This document shows positions 1-13,980 of a DNA stretch of 64,000 nucleotides, piece by piece; positions within the stretch are counted from its first letter, which is position 1, and each line of letters begins with the position of its first letter. Under the pieces are notes generated by a model. It made no database searches. It was not told the DNA's origin and saw only the letters and a program-made list of their open reading frames with translations. The DNA comes from Octopus vulgaris (taxonomy: Eukaryota), in the NCBI GenBank assembly GCA_951406725.2, contig OX597838.1:43214001-43278000 (forward strand), in the 5' to 3' direction. The position numbers and the translations under genes were made by a program.

Positions 1-288
1 TATTAATACAACAAACTGCATACTATAATAAATAATTATATTTTATTTTTGCATCAATTTATTATTATTATTGTTATTATTATCCCTTAATCAAACTAGT
101 TTTAACTTTCATAAATATGGTTTTAGTCCTAGTATTTTGTCTCTGTTAAATTTTTTATTTAACCATTTGTGATTCTAGTTTTGGTTTCAGTTCCACTACT
201 TGGCACTTCGGACAAATGTCTTCTATTATTGCTCAGGGCTGACCAAAGCCTCGTGAATGAATCTGCTTGCTAGAAAATTAAAGAAGTT

Positions 289-343
289 TGTGTGTGTTGT
301 GTTGTGTGTGTGTGTGTATGTGTGTGTGTGTGTGTGTGTTGTG

Positions 344-384
<41 letters not shown>

Positions 385-385
385 T
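289..385. repeat. (TG)n microsatellite inside a decayed SINE family A copy (about 160-590)
   Basis: TG/TTG runs following the ...ggcacttcggacaaatgtcttc...aagaag SINE body. Confidence 0.9.
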
Positions 386-2387
386 CCTTGTTTTGACATC
401 ATGAAATGATTTTAAATGAGCAACAACATCATTATAATAACAATGTCATTTGTTTCCTGTGTTTCTGGTCATGAGGTAACCTTGTTCAGAAAGAGATGAG
501 GGTTAGTGACAGGAAGGATTTTGGTCATACAAAATCTGCCTGAACAAAATCCTTCAGAACCTTGCCAGCCGGGAAAATTGGGCATTAAAACAATTATATT
601 GAAATAATATGAAAATTGGGTGGGGGAGTTTAAAAAGTGCAAACAAACGAGATCGGTAATTAAATAAAGGTATGCACATCTCCTTAATTATACATTGCTC
701 TAGTTGACACCTCAAAACAATTATTGCATTATCACAGGTGATATTGGTGAGGCTGAGGCTCTGGGATAGACTGTTACATTCCTGAACATCATCCGACGTT
801 TGTAGGGGCTGGATTGCTAACATCCACGTAAGTTGTCTTGCTTCCCTGAATACCTTGAAATTCACAGGTGGCAAAATATAACTTACTGACAGATTACAAT
901 ATTTCAGTGTCCTGTTCCATTTATCTACTGATGTAGTGCCCCCACCATCCCACTTTGGGCCTCCACTACAGCATTAAGGACAAATGAACAGGATAAGGCA
1001 TTGAAATATGATTTCTCTGTTAATTATATCACATGGAACGGATGAGTCATAAACTGTGAGGTCCTTTATGAGGCATCTGATTGTAGTCTAAGGGGCAAAA
1101 AGGGACTTGATGAGGTCATTCATTGGTCCCTGGATACCCCATTCTGGTAACAGAATCGAGGGTGCACTTACACAGGTTGGAGCTTGTTTAATGATTTAAA
1201 ATGATTCCATTGTGGTGTGTGTGGTTTGCATTTAGTTGATGTCAATCCATGGAGACTCCTGGAATTGAGGGACTTCCCATAATGATGCCTCATTCTTCAA
1301 CATACCTCAGTTCTGACTCTGGAGGCAATGGACATATGAAGCTTATCCAGGATAATTAAACCACTGATGTTTGCCCAACACAAAGGGTTAACCCAATCTC
1401 ATGAAAGGGTTAACCCAATCTCATGAAAGTTGGTAGCACCTTGAGTGCTGATCAGATAAATCAAGAGAAGTGTTCTTGGCAACATCTGTTCTATTTTGTC
1501 ATTAGTTTTTGTAAAACACAAAATTTACCATTATGATTCTTATCATTGTAGTTAGTTATTTATTTCAGTTTTTTTTTTCATATGATATACTTGGAGACAT
1601 CATTAGCATGGTTTCCTAGGGTTATAGGGCATTTATTGATCCTTCATCAATCACACACCATCACTCTGATATCTCTGTCAGAATTGGCTAACGTCCAGTT
1701 TGTGTCCAGATAGCACTACCACTCCTACGGCTCACACCTCCTGCAGTACAACCACCGTGAAGCAACCTCTGCAGAAGGACTGATGCTGAAGACCCTGCAT
1801 TCCACCTTCATGGGATCACACCTTGTTTTGTCCTTGGTACCTACCCTCGGTTCTATTACACAAATCTGCTATTTTTAAAGCAATATGGATTAAAATCTTC
1901 CTTCAAAATTCCTGCTTCATGTAGCAGCTTAATAATGAGAAAATCATTTTTCTAAATTCATTATTATTTTCTACGTTGAGACAAGGCAGAGTATTTCAAG
2001 AGAAATATGGTAAGAAAACGGTTAATAGTTCAGGGCTGTGTTTAGCAAGATTTTCAATTCTCATATTGTCTCACTCTCTTGTCTCTTACCTTGTACCTGT
2101 ATGGAAGACATCAAATGATTAGGATGATGATAATGATGATGTTTCAGTACTATGAATAGGAAAGCTTATCACCAATTATTAGATAGAAGCAGGGTGGGGT
2201 GATATAAGGAATGTGTTTTGTTGGCTTGTTTGTGCCGAGTTGAAAATCTTCCAAACAGACTTGGATTTGATCCTGACACCTGCACACCAACACACACCCA
2301 CCAGTTCTCTATCATATCATTTAAAGGATTAGTAATCTATGTATAGGTTTTAGTCAGTATGGTATGACTTAGGATAAGGTGTTTCAT

Positions 2388-2620
2388 CACCATCATCATC
2401 ATCATCATCATCACTTAACATCCACTTTCAATGCTGGCATGGGTTGGATAGTTTGACAGAATCCAGCAAGCCAGAGGACCATGCCAAGTTCTACTGTCTG
2501 CTTTGGTATGGTTTCTATGGCCGGTTGCCCTTCCTAGTGCCAACCACTTTACAGAGTGGACTGGGTGCTTTGTACATGGCACCAGCAAAGTAAGGTTGGT
2601 AAATAACTGACAAGACAAGA
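2388..2620 (-). mobile_element. RTE-tail repeat, family D ((GAT)n-tailed)
   Basis: (CAT)n then ttaacatccactttcaatgctggcatgggttgg...gcccttcctagtgccaacc. The same block recurs near 4640, 11150, 23575, 34245, 53075, 55585 and 62000. Confidence 0.8.
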
Positions 2621-4133
2621 CCTCTCAACCAAAGTGGGGTGTAGTATTGAGGGAGGTGGCTCTGTGCCAGGAGATGAGAGGTCAGAGTATGAATAGAGGG
2701 GGGTGTCTTGCAGTAAAACGGATATGTGGTTATTTCAGTTGGAAAAAAATGAGAGGAGAATGGATAATAGGACAGAATTCATTGAGGCAGATCATCTCTG
2801 GTTGGATGCACTTTCTTTTGTTAGCCTTCACCTGTTTCCAGGTTTGGTAAAAAATTTTCCCATGGCTGGAAATATTTTCATGGGAGATTGGAATCAAACA
2901 ACACTGCTTGTATGATGGTGACACTCATTTACAACTATTGCATGACGTCAAGCCACAGCAATGCTAACACGCACAGCTATGCACACTAATACACACATGT
3001 ACATACATACATACATAGATACAATGGGCTTCTTTCAGTTTCCACTCACAAGGCTTTGTTCAGTCTGCAGTCATCATAGAAGACACTTGCCCAAGCTGCC
3101 ATGCAGTAGCATTGAACCCAGAACCATGTGGTTGGGAAGCAAGCTTCTTACCCACACAGCTTATTATTATATATTGCCAACTGTGTATTGTATAAATTGG
3201 TTTCTAATATTCCTTATAATCTTACAGGTTCCATTCCATTTATTGATGGGGGGTAAGGACTTTATTTTTTCCCCAAAAAAATTAATGTAATTTCTAGATA
3301 ATCTTTAAATCACTAAAGATTTTTTAATAAATATTTAAACAACTTGTGTTAATGTTTGGTCGTTAAATGCTTATATTGACTTCATGTAACTTTAGTGTAA
3401 TATTTTTGTCTGAGACCACCTGTGCGTGTGTGTGTGGATTTGTCTTAAGAAAAAGGGGACGTGCCTAGTGGGTGCCTGTCCTTTTAGGGTTTCTTGGACT
3501 AAGAAATACAATTCAGATGAAGCCAATGATTTATTTTGACAAAAAAAAACTGAAAAAATTCTTTAATTATTCCTCTGAAATATTTTGATTTCTGGTGATT
3601 CCACCCTTAAACCCTTTCTATTGAAATGCACTGCTTTTGTTTCAATTAATTTCGAAAATAATTAGGAATTTACTAAAATAACCATGTCGTTATCAAGCTA
3701 GAGTTTGGAACATAAATCAAGAGGAAATTTTAACGGAACCTTTAAATTCAGACCATTTCAATCATTTTATTTCTTGTGGAGTACATTGTCTTTGTTTCAG
3801 TAAATTTTGAAAATAATGAAAAATTCAATAAAATAGCTTTGTAAGGATTAAGCTGGTGTTTGGGATATAAATTAACCTGAAATTTTGAAGGAATGTTTTA
3901 ATTTAGATAATTTGGAAGCGCAAAATTTTTACCAAAGAACTAGGGGCCGTCTGAGATGGGTTGGTATCAAAAGGGTTAAAATAAGACATTTGTATAAGAC
4001 CAAGTGTAGTTATGTTTGTTTTTGACTTAAAATATATGGATTATCATATTTTGACTCCTTAACATTTAATCCGGCCACATACCTGTTTTATGTTCAAGCA
4101 GACGAGATCGGGCCTCTCACACATTCTCCACAA

Positions 4134-4504
4134 TCTCTCTCTATATAAACGGCAGTTTGTCTGTGCGTGTTTCTGTGTGTCTGTTTGCTTGTACCCTCAC
4201 CCTGACCACGGCTTTCAACCGATTCTGATGAAACTTGACACACACATAGCCCAATGTCATAATTCAAAACTAACGCAGCGAAAATTTTGAAAAGTTCCCC
4301 CAGTTCTGAAAAAAATCGATAAAATCGACATGGGGTCGAGAATCAGAAACAAACCACAGACTGTCTAGGGGACGCAACTCAACCTTTTTTAACTCAAAAA
4401 AAAATTTACCATCATTTTTTTGCTATTTTTTGGCTATAACTCTCTAAAAATGCTTTATAGTTATTTCCCTTACAAACCTGAGCAACGCCGGGCGATACTG
4501 CTAG
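4134..4504 (+). mobile_element. Non-autonomous Helitron
   Basis: Starts TC, ends CTAG, has a subterminal GC hairpin cctgagcaacgccggg (4477-4492), and is inserted between A and T with no TSD. It splits the host MITE motif acaa|tgtcattctaaaa. Confidence 0.88.
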
Positions 4505-4639
4505 TGTCATTCTAAAAATAAACAATCGCATCATCCACACAAGGTTAAATGAAAGTGCTCACACACTAGAATAGAACTTTTTCCCAAAAAAGATTAGTAA
4601 CATCTTGGTAAAAGATTTCATAACATTTCTTTAAAAAAC

Positions 4640-4990
4640 CATCATCATCGTTTAACGTCCACTTTCCATGCTGGTATGGGTTAGACGATTTGACTGAGGT
4701 CTTGCGAACCAGATGGCTGCACCAGACTCCAATATGATCTGGCAGTGTTTCTATGGCTGGATGCCCTTCCTAACGCCAACCACTCCGAGAGTGTAGTGGG
4801 TGCTTTTACATGTCACTTGCATGAGGGCCAGTCAGGCGGTACTGGCAATGGCCACACTCAAATGGTGCTTTTTATGTACCACCTGCACAAGAGCCAGTCC
4901 AGCGGCACTGGCAATGACCTCACTTGAATGTTTTTTCACATGGCACCAGCACAAGTGCCAGTAAGGCGACGCAGGTAACAATCGTGCTTG
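4640..4990 (-). mobile_element. RTE-tail repeat, family D
   Basis: catcatcgtttaacgtccactttccatgctggtatggg...ggctggatgcccttcctaacgccaaccac, plus an internal ~55-bp diverged tandem. Confidence 0.8.
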
Positions 4991-5048
4991 AATGATTTTA
5001 AAAAATCACTTGAACACTTCAAAACTGTATTAAGTAAATCTCATAGAC

Positions 5049-5108
<60 letters not shown>

Positions 5109-5307
5109 AACAGAGATAACGAAGGAATCAAACAGTTATTTTGTGACGCTAATGAAGTTCATAAAATAATTGTTCTATTTGTTTGTCGTCTCTATTCTTG
5201 TTACCACTCTCTACCCAAGATTAATTCTTCATTCAGAAGCATACCCATATTGAGTTCTACACCAGGCTATTAGTCTTGTAATGCCTAAGCAAAATGTATA
5301 AATGCGT

Positions 5308-5605
5308 GAAGGCACACGGCCCGGTGATTAGGGTATTTGGCTCATGATTGTAAGGTTGTGAGTTCGATACCTAGTGGGGGCATTATGTCCTTGAGCAAGA
5401 CACTTTTTCATGTCACTCCATTCCACTCAGCTGGTAAAAATGTGTTGTACCTGTAATTCAAACGGGCCAGCCATGTCACGCTGAATCTCCCTGAGAATTT
5501 TGTTAAGGATATGTGTGTCTGTGGAGTACTCAGCCACTTGCATGTTAAGTTCACGAGCAGGCTGTTTGGATCAACTTGAACCCTCCTCATTGTAACTGAC
5601 AGACA
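5308..5605 (+). mobile_element. tRNA-derived CORE-like SINE, family C
   Basis: A/B-box-like head (gttcgatacc), then gtccttgagcaagacact...ccactcagctg. Related copies near 11585(-), 12760(-), 16335(-), 21836(+), 54492(+), 58040(+). Confidence 0.8.
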
Positions 5606-7543
5606 CCCCGGCCCACATAAGTTTGCAGGTGAACCCGCCTATATTTCTTGGAAGATGAAGGCACCAGGATTGGTTCCTCCTGACCCTCTTACAATTCAGC
5701 AGAGAGAAAGAGATAGGAGTTGATCCCAGTATTTTTTTTATCTTTTAGTCAGATGGGAAGGCAATGCCCATGACCCTTTTCCCATTACAGGCTTTTGAGA
5801 CTGGTGGGAGTGAAAGAGGAAGGGATTCCCAAACAGAAAACTTAACCTCAATGCTTGTAACATAGTAATATTTGTTCCAGTTCTATGTGATCTGAGTTCA
5901 AATCCCACGGTGGCTTCCTTTTATGCTATACTTAAGGCATCACCCGGTTTAACATCATCACTTGGCACTTTGGATGCCTTTGGGATTTGAACTCAGATTA
6001 CATAGAACTGGAACAAGTATTACAAGGCATCTTACAGTTCCACTAATTCATTATCTTGGATTGGTGCTTATCGCTTCCTCCACCTCCCATTAGCAGTGAA
6101 AGGCAATGGTGATCTCAGCAAGATTTGAACTCAGAACGTAGAGACACAATGACTACAGCAAAGCATTCTGCCCAATGGGCTAATGACTGCTACTTTATTT
6201 ATCAATGCTTGAGGAATGACAGGCAAAATTGATCATGGCAGGAACTGAGCTCAGTGCTGAGCCCAGTTACTGAGTCACTGCAATGCACTCACTGCTCTAC
6301 CAGTTCTGTCAATCACCCAGCCCCCAAGTGGTATATCGTAGAAGTTTCCCTAAAGTCTTAATACTAAAGTTGTGCTTAATTCCTCGTCTAGACTCCTTAT
6401 TAGGAGGTTTCTGGAGCAAACAGGCATAAATAAAGTAAACTACTTTTCATAATTAAAGTATAATATATGCATATGTAAATTTGTTAACATGTGACTTTCG
6501 GGTAAATATAATTACTGACATTAAAATATGCTGATTGGTTTGGTTATTAGCAGACTTATGTAATTAGAGTTTTACGTACAGTGAGATTTTTTTTTTCAAA
6601 TTTGGAGAGAAACCATTTTTTAAAAACTTTAACAGTCAGGATTTCAGTCCTTAATATGTCTGAACCGTTTTGTTCCTGTATTTCTAATGATATGTGCTAC
6701 CTGTATTTAAATTAATTTTTAAAATCTTTTATCTTTTACCTGTTTCACTCATTAGAGGATGGGGTGCTGGGGCAGAGCCTTGAAGAATATTAGTTGAATA
6801 TCTTGACTCCACTACTTGTTTTTTTCTTTTTTAGCTTGGCATTTATTCTATCAGTGTCCTTTGATGGCCTTGCTAGGTCACAGGGATGTAAACACACCAA
6901 TACTGGTTGTCAAGTAGTGCTGGGCGACAAACAAAGATGCATGCACATTCATATACAATGGGCTTCTTTCAGTTTCCATCTACCAAATCCACTCTCAAGG
7001 CTTGGTCAGTCGACCCAAGGCTATAGTAGAAGACACTTGCCCAAGGTGCCATGCAGCAGGACTGAACCTGGAACCATGTGGTTACTTACCACACAGTCAT
7101 GATGATGGAACATAAATTAACAAAGTATTTTGATTGAAGTTTTTAATTTAGATAATTTTAAAAGAGGAAGTTTGTATCATAAAGTTGGGATTAGCGTTAG
7201 GCAAGTATCAAAAAAAGATTAATTTTTATATTTTAAAATTTTCCTTATTGAGGAAAAACCATACCCAAAATCCCAAACTTTAAGGTTTTTGTATTGAAAT
7301 AGAAATGATGAGAGTTTTTATAGAATGTATTTTCTGGCATACAAGTCAATGTAATATATAAATGTGAATACGTTGTATAAACATTCAGACATTGTTATTA
7401 TCTTTCCATGGCTGGCTGCGTTTCATCTGCAGTATTTTCTCCTTCAAAGTTGTTTTGGTTTACAAGTTGACCTATCTTTTTTGTATGTCAGAAAATATAC
7501 TTTTTTATGAGTTTTTACTGTATATATTTATTATCATTATATT

Positions 7544-7748
7544 TATTTCTTTATTGCCCACAGGGGGCTAAACATAGAGGGGACAAACAAAGGGATTAAG
7601 TTAATTACATCGACCCCAGTGCGTAACTGGTACTTATTTAATTGACCCTGGAAAGGATGAAAGGCAAAGTTGACCTCGGCGGAATTTGAACTCAGAACGG
7701 CAGAAGAAATACTGCTAAGCATTTCGCCCAGCGTGCTAATGATTCTGC
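7544..7748 (-). mobile_element. tRNA-derived SINE family B (Meta-like central domain)
   Basis: Reverse complement of ggcagaatcattagcacgctgggcgaaatgc...gagttcaaattccgccgaggtcaactttgcctttcatcctttc...taagtaccag. Confidence 0.85.
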
Positions 7749-7989
7749 CAATGGTTCTCAACCGGGGTCCATATGGTCCCTGAAGGTCCATATAAGATTC
7801 TTGGGGGTCCACACAACAAAGTAGTATACTGAGGATCCACAATATTGTTTTAAGGGCCCCCATGCAAAAATTTTGCTTTAGATGTAAGTATTGGTATTTA
7901 TAACAAAACATCGAATGGCTATGGGGATCCACCATAGTCAGATAGTTCTCAAAAGGGTCCATAGATAAAAAAATGGCTGAGAACCCCTG
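7749..7989. mobile_element. hAT (Charlie-type) MITE
   Basis: TIRs caatggttctcaacc and ggctgagaacccctg. No left TSD is visible because a SINE abuts that end. Confidence 0.7.
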
Positions 7990-8004
7990 TATTAAAGGGA
8001 ATAA

Positions 8005-9134
8005 GAGGATGAGCTGCTAGAATCATTAATATGCTGAGCAAAATGGTTAGCGGTATTTTGTTTATCTTTAGGTTCTCAGTTCAAATTCTGTCAAGATCAA
8101 CTTTGCCTTTCATCCTTTTGGGGTTAATAAAATAAGTACCAGTTGAACACTGGGGTCCAAGCGACCAGTCAGCACCCTCCTTCAGAATTTCAGGCCTTGT
8201 GCCTCTAGCAGCAAGGATTTATACTAAAAGTAATTCCACAACAAACTGTGAGATTGACATAAAGCTTTTGTATTTTTGATTTTCCTTCTCAACTGGAATC
8301 ACTCATACAACAGCTTTTGTCACCATAAAACTACAATCAAACAGTTAAGGATTTTGTTGTGGCTATTAAATACACCACCAACCAACGTACGTTTAACAAT
8401 ACGTTTTTAGGCCATTTAACCGTTTCAATACCAACTTACCTGAGACAGCTCCTAGTTCTCGGATAAAAACCACCTGTTTCAGAGTTCAAATGTCACTGAG
8501 ATCAGTTTTGCTTTTCATTCTTTCGGGGTCGATAAAATAAGTCGCAGTTGCACACCGGGCTTGATGTTGGGTATTGGGGTTGATGTAACTAACTCTCTCC
8601 CACAAGATATTTCAAGCCTTCTTGCGCTTAGGGTGGGAAAAAAATTACAATAAGTGGCAGAATCATTAGTGCATCAAACAAAATGCTTAGCAGCATTTCT
8701 TCTGGATCTCTATGGTCTGTGTTCAAATCCCACTGAAGTCAACTTTACTTTTCATCCTTTTAGGTTCAATAAAATACCAGTCAAGTACTGGGGTCAATGT
8801 AATCGAGTAGCCTCGACCCCTAAAATTATTGGCCATGTACCAAAATCTGAAACCATTATTATTATTATATTGTCATTATCAACATTATTGTTATTATTAT
8901 TGCTATTGTTGTTGTTGTTATTAAGGTGGTGAGTTGGCAGAATGATTAGCAAGCCAGATCAGAAGGTTGAGGATCATTTCATCTTTATGTTCGAAGTTCA
9001 AATTCCACTGGGGTCGACTTTGCCTTTCATGCTTTTAGGGGGTTGATAAAATAAGTACCGGTTCAATACTGGGGTTGATGTAATTGACTAGTCCCCTCTC
9101 CTGAACTTGCTGACCTTTAGCCAAAATTTGTGAC

Positions 9135-9180
<46 letters not shown>

Positions 9181-9410
9181 GTTATTATTATTATTAAGGC
9201 AGTGAGCTGGCAGAATCAGCACGCTGGATGAAATCTTTAGCAGTATTTTGCCTGTTGCTATGTTCTGAGTTCAAACTCCCCTGAGGTTGACTTTGCCGTT
9301 CATCCTTTCATGGTCCATAAAGTAAGAACCAGTTGTGTACTGGGGTCGATGTAATCGACTTGTCCCCTCCCCACAAATTTCAGGCCTTGTGCCTCTTTAG
9401 TCGAAAGGAT
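8005..9410 (+). mobile_element. Cluster of about 5 same-strand SINE family B copies
   Basis: Repeated gttcaaat...tttcatccttt...aagtaccag units, some separated by (ATT)n. Confidence 0.85.
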
Positions 9411-10296
9411 TATTACTATTATTATTAGCACAGCTGTATTACTTCTAAGAACCTTCATTTGATGGCAATTATCTGTTATAGGGTTAAAATACTTTTTTGT
9501 TCCCTATTAGAATATAAAGGAAGTATTGTGGGAGGTGCCAATCATTTGTTGCCAAGGAAAAGAATAAATTTTATCCAAGATTATATCTAAGACAATTCTG
9601 AGATGTAAATTAGTAAATTATTTGTCACCCACAAACTCATTTAGTTCAAATATTTTGCAACTGACATTTTAAATAATTAAAAAAAACAAACAAAAATAAC
9701 GAAATGCCTCAACAACAACAACAAGAAGAAGAAATTGCTGATTTCAGCGAGTTCACCTTCTCACAGACATTTGATTCTGATTTAAAAAACAAACAAAATC
9801 AAAACAAAACAAAACATTCTAAAATCAACAATAAAAAAAAAAACCATGAACAAGAATAAAAGATCATGTTTTATTTTTGTTTTTGTTTTGGAAGATTGTT
9901 GTTGGATTTTTCTTTTTTCCTTTTCTCTGGAATTTGATACTTGCAGGAGTGTTTGGAGATGTTCTGGGCCAAATTCCATTGTCTGAACACTTGTGCTTTT
10001 CTGCTGTTGTCATAAATAGGCCGGTGGAGCTGAGAATTAGTGCTTGTTGGTATCAGCCTTGCCTGTGGGAACTAAACTGCTTCTGATGGTTACATTTCTG
10101 CTGGAAGAACAGGAAATAAATCTACCACACATTTCTAAGGCATCGTTGCCTCTCTTCCTTATTATTCTACCAGATTTCCAATTGGTTTAACTTTAACAGA
10201 GATGAATAAATTTTGTTGTATCTTGGGTGGGTCATTATGGCAGTAATAAACACATGCACTGGTTCTATTTCATTTATTATTATTATTATTATTATG

Positions 10297-11150
10297 AAGG
10301 TGGCGAGCTTGCAGAAATGTTAGCACAGTGGGTGAAATGCTTTGCGGTATTTCGTCTGTCTCTATGTTCCTAGTTCAAATTCCTTTGATGTTGACTTTGC
10401 CTTTCATCCTTTTGGGGTCGATAAATTAAGTACCAGTTGTGTACTGGGGTCGATGTAATCAACTGGCCACCTCTCCCAAAATTTTGAGCCTTGTGCCTAG
10501 AGTAGAAAAGAACTGTTAGCATGGTGGGTAAAATGCTTAGCGACATTTCATCTATCTTTGCGTTCTGAGTTCAAATACTGGCTTTCATCCTTTCAGGGTC
10601 AATGAAATAAGTACCAGTTGAGCACTGGGGTTGTTGTAATCGACTTACACACTCTCCTGAAATTGCTGGCCTTGTGCCAAAATTTGAAGTCATAATTATC
10701 AGCATCGTTTGTCAGTCCACGGTGGCAAGATGGTGGAATCATTAGCAAGCTGGATAAAATGCTCATCTGCATTTTTTTTGGCTTTATGATCTGAGTTCAA
10801 ATTCAGCTGAGCTCAGCTTTACCTTTCATCCTTTTGGGGTTGATAAAATAAGTACCAGTTAAGCAGGAAGTTGGGGTCAGTGTAATAGGGTAGTCTCCTC
10901 CCTGCAAATTTCAGGCCTTGTGCCTATAGTAGAGAGAAGTATTATTCGTCAGTTTAAGGTGTGAGGCTGGCAGAATCGTTAGCACACCTGGCAAAATGTT
11001 TAGTGGCATTTCTTCCAGTTTTATGATCTGAGTTCAAACTCTTCTGAGGTTGACTTCACTGTTCATCCTTTTGTTGGGGTTGATGATATAAGTACCTGTT
11101 GAGCACTGGGGTTGATCTAATTGACTTCCCCTCCCCTTCAAAATTGCTGG
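10297..11150 (+). mobile_element. Head-to-tail array of 4 SINE family B copies
   Basis: Units begin near 10297, 10513, 10720 and 10955, each with a B box and the tttcatccttt...aagtacc domain. Confidence 0.87.
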
Positions 11151-11523
11151 CTGTGTGGTTGGCATTAGCAAGGGCATCCAGCTGTAGAAACTCTGCCAGA
11201 TCAAGATTGGAGCCTGGTGCAGCCATCTGGTTTGCCAGTCCTCAGTCAAATCGTCCAACCCATGCTAGCATGGAAAGCAGACGTTAAACGATGATGATGA
11301 TAATGATGTGTCAAATTCAGAATGAATTATTATTTGTCAATTCATTAACCGCTAACAAATAAACAAATCGTTTGATTAATTGTTCAGTCATTCTATCAAT
11401 CAACTAGGTTTGTTAAAAGTCTTTATTGTTGCTATCCCTCATCAATAAAATACCCGCTTTGATCCAGGTGTCTTTGATGCAGATTGATTGGCTTGTAATA
11501 ATTAAAGAGCTGAAATAGCCACC

Positions 11524-11556
<33 letters not shown>

Positions 11557-13074
11557 GAGAGAGAGTGTGTGTGTGTGTGTTAACTAACTGGCATTCCATT
11601 GGTTATGATGATAAGGGTTCCAGTTTATTCGATCAACGGAACAGCCTACTCATGAAATTAACATACAAGTGGCTGAGTACTCCACAGACACGCATACCTA
11701 TAATGTAGTTCTCAAGGAGATTCAGTGTGACAAGGCTGGGCCCTTTTGAAATACAGGTACTACTGATTTTTGCCAGCTGGGTGGACTGGAGTGACGTGAA
11801 ACAGAGTGTCTTGCTCAAGGACACAACACGCTGCAGGCTACAGAATTCCTAATCTGATGATTGTGAGCCAAATACCATAACTGCTAAGCCACACGCCTTC
11901 ACCTGTGTTTATTACTGCTACAAGATATTACAAAATGTTTCAACACACAAATCCACATCAAGAATCTTGCAAACCACACACACACACAATAACTGTTTTT
12001 TTTTATAGTAAAGGCTATAAATGATGATCTACAACTCATATCACCACTAATTTTTGTTGCATAACCCTTAGTCAGTCTTGATTCAGTAGACATACACTAC
12101 ACTCAGACATTCCAACCATGACCAGCCTACCCTTTTGTCATAGGTGGTTTATCCGGGACTGCATTGAGCAATGCACTTTTCCTTTTCAAAATGATAAGGT
12201 GTAAAACGGCTGCTATTTCTAGCACGTCGAGCAACTTCTTATAACCTGCCTCTTTGGCTCATACCACTATCACTTTTGCTTTACAAATATAGCGACAAAG
12301 GCATGAATGCCTTTCCATTACATCATTAAAGAAATTATATCGACTAAAGTTTATAAATGTTAAAGTTTTGCAGTGGAGTAGCCATGATTAGCCCTGTCTA
12401 AATGAACCTGTGATACAAATATAATTTAAGTATTTTAATTAGTGTTAACAAATTTAATGAAGTAAGCATCAAAGATCTAATTTATACATTAGGTCAATGA
12501 TTAATGCTATTTTAATTAATTTTGGCAGCAAGTACCTAAGACAGTTTTTTTTTTTAATGTGGAACAGACCTCGTTATGAGACGCAATGTAATGTAGATAG
12601 ATTTAATAATGAATTTAATTCAGTGGAACTGTCTTAATGAAAATAATCCTTATTGGACTTAATTTGATTAAGATAGATTTAATTGGGTCTATCTTAGTGA
12701 AGACAATCTTTATGGATGAAGATAGTCCTTATTCACAGTATCAATGAGATTATTGGAAGTCGTCATACACCACTGCTCACAATGCACTTCCTCATTGTTG
12801 TAGCTTTCAAATGATACCTCCCCACTGTCTAGGCATGCAGACCAACATTCTCCCTGAATGGGACGCTAGTCCCTTAGAGGGGTGGCTCATTTGCAGTTGA
12901 GTGGACTGGAGCAATGTGTAGTGAAGTGTTTTGCTCAAGAACACAATGCACCACCCAGTCTGGGAATTGAAACCATGATCTTACAATAAGGAGTGCAACA
13001 CTCTAACCACTAGGCCATGCTCCTTCATAGTCCTTAATGAGGATAGATCTGTTGGACCTAACTTTCTTGGAGCT

Positions 13075-13395
13075 CCAGAGCTTGTCTGAGACAATGTGAA
13101 GAATCTTGATACAGGGGGAAATGAAACATAGATGCTGCACTGTTGCATTATAACAAGACATTGGCTCGTGCACCATTCCTTGTCCAAGAGTTTTTGGCAA
13201 AGCATGAAATGACTCTCATCTCCCAGTTGCCTCGCTTTCTGGATTTGGTTTCCAAAACTGAAATCCACATTGATTTCAGACGATAGAAGAGATTGAAGAA
13301 TATTCCTCACAAGAACTCTGTACCAAACCCTGGAAGTCTTTTCAGCTGATGCTTATAAACCATTTTAAAGGAGGCAAGTCTGATTAAATTGTAGT
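13075..13395 (+). pseudogene. Decayed mariner transposase C-terminus
   Basis: Translates as LHYNKTLARAPFLVQEFLAKHEMTLISQLP...FPKLKSTL..., resembling mariner LHHDNAPAH..V.EFLAK...PYSPDL...FPKLK; contains deletions and frameshifts. Confidence 0.75.
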
Positions 13396-13942
13396 TAAAG
13401 CAATAAATTACATTTTCTCTGAAAAAAAATTATTTTTTTGTTTTTAAACTGACACGTGGGTGGTATTGGTGAGTGAGGAGCAAGGATTCAGAAATTGTTT
13501 TGGTCAAAATTCTAACCGAAGCCTGCTTCTCTCAGTTGTTGCAGATTCTCTTGTAAGATTCAAGAATTAAAACATTTTGAAGGAGATTTGGCTGTCATAC
13601 TGAGGGGATTAAATGATTATAAAGAAATTCCACTGATTGGTTTGAGAAGCTGTCTGTTGACTTCTTTAAAATGTTATCTTTCAATGTATTTTTATGTTTG
13701 TTCCATGAAGGATTAAAAAATAAGTTTAACTTAAGACAAATACATTTGCTAGAAAAGCAGCCAGATTTCACTTAATGCACATCCTATCATCTTAAAATAC
13801 CAGGAGGAAAAAGGACATGTTAACATTATAGTTCCATATTTCCAAAAAGACAGTTTCTATAGTTTGAGCTTACTTTGTGAATGGTGAAAAGAATTGAATA
13901 TTTTTTGAGGTTTTAGAACAATAGAATAAATGTATTAAATAC

Positions 13943-13980
<38 letters not shown>

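Noticed and set aside
730-1360. Possible LINE RT remnant (PWRLLELRDFP-like)
   Set aside because: Too degenerate to assign by eye; needs tBLASTn
1383-1428. 22-bp direct duplication
   Set aside because: Simple local tandem duplication with no element between the copies
9877-10086. Possible coding exon after a pyrimidine tract and CAG at about 9947
   Set aside because: No recognisable peptide and no convincing donor site
10297-11150. CRISPR-like regular spacing
   Set aside because: The units are diverged ~200-bp SINEs in a eukaryotic context with no cas genes
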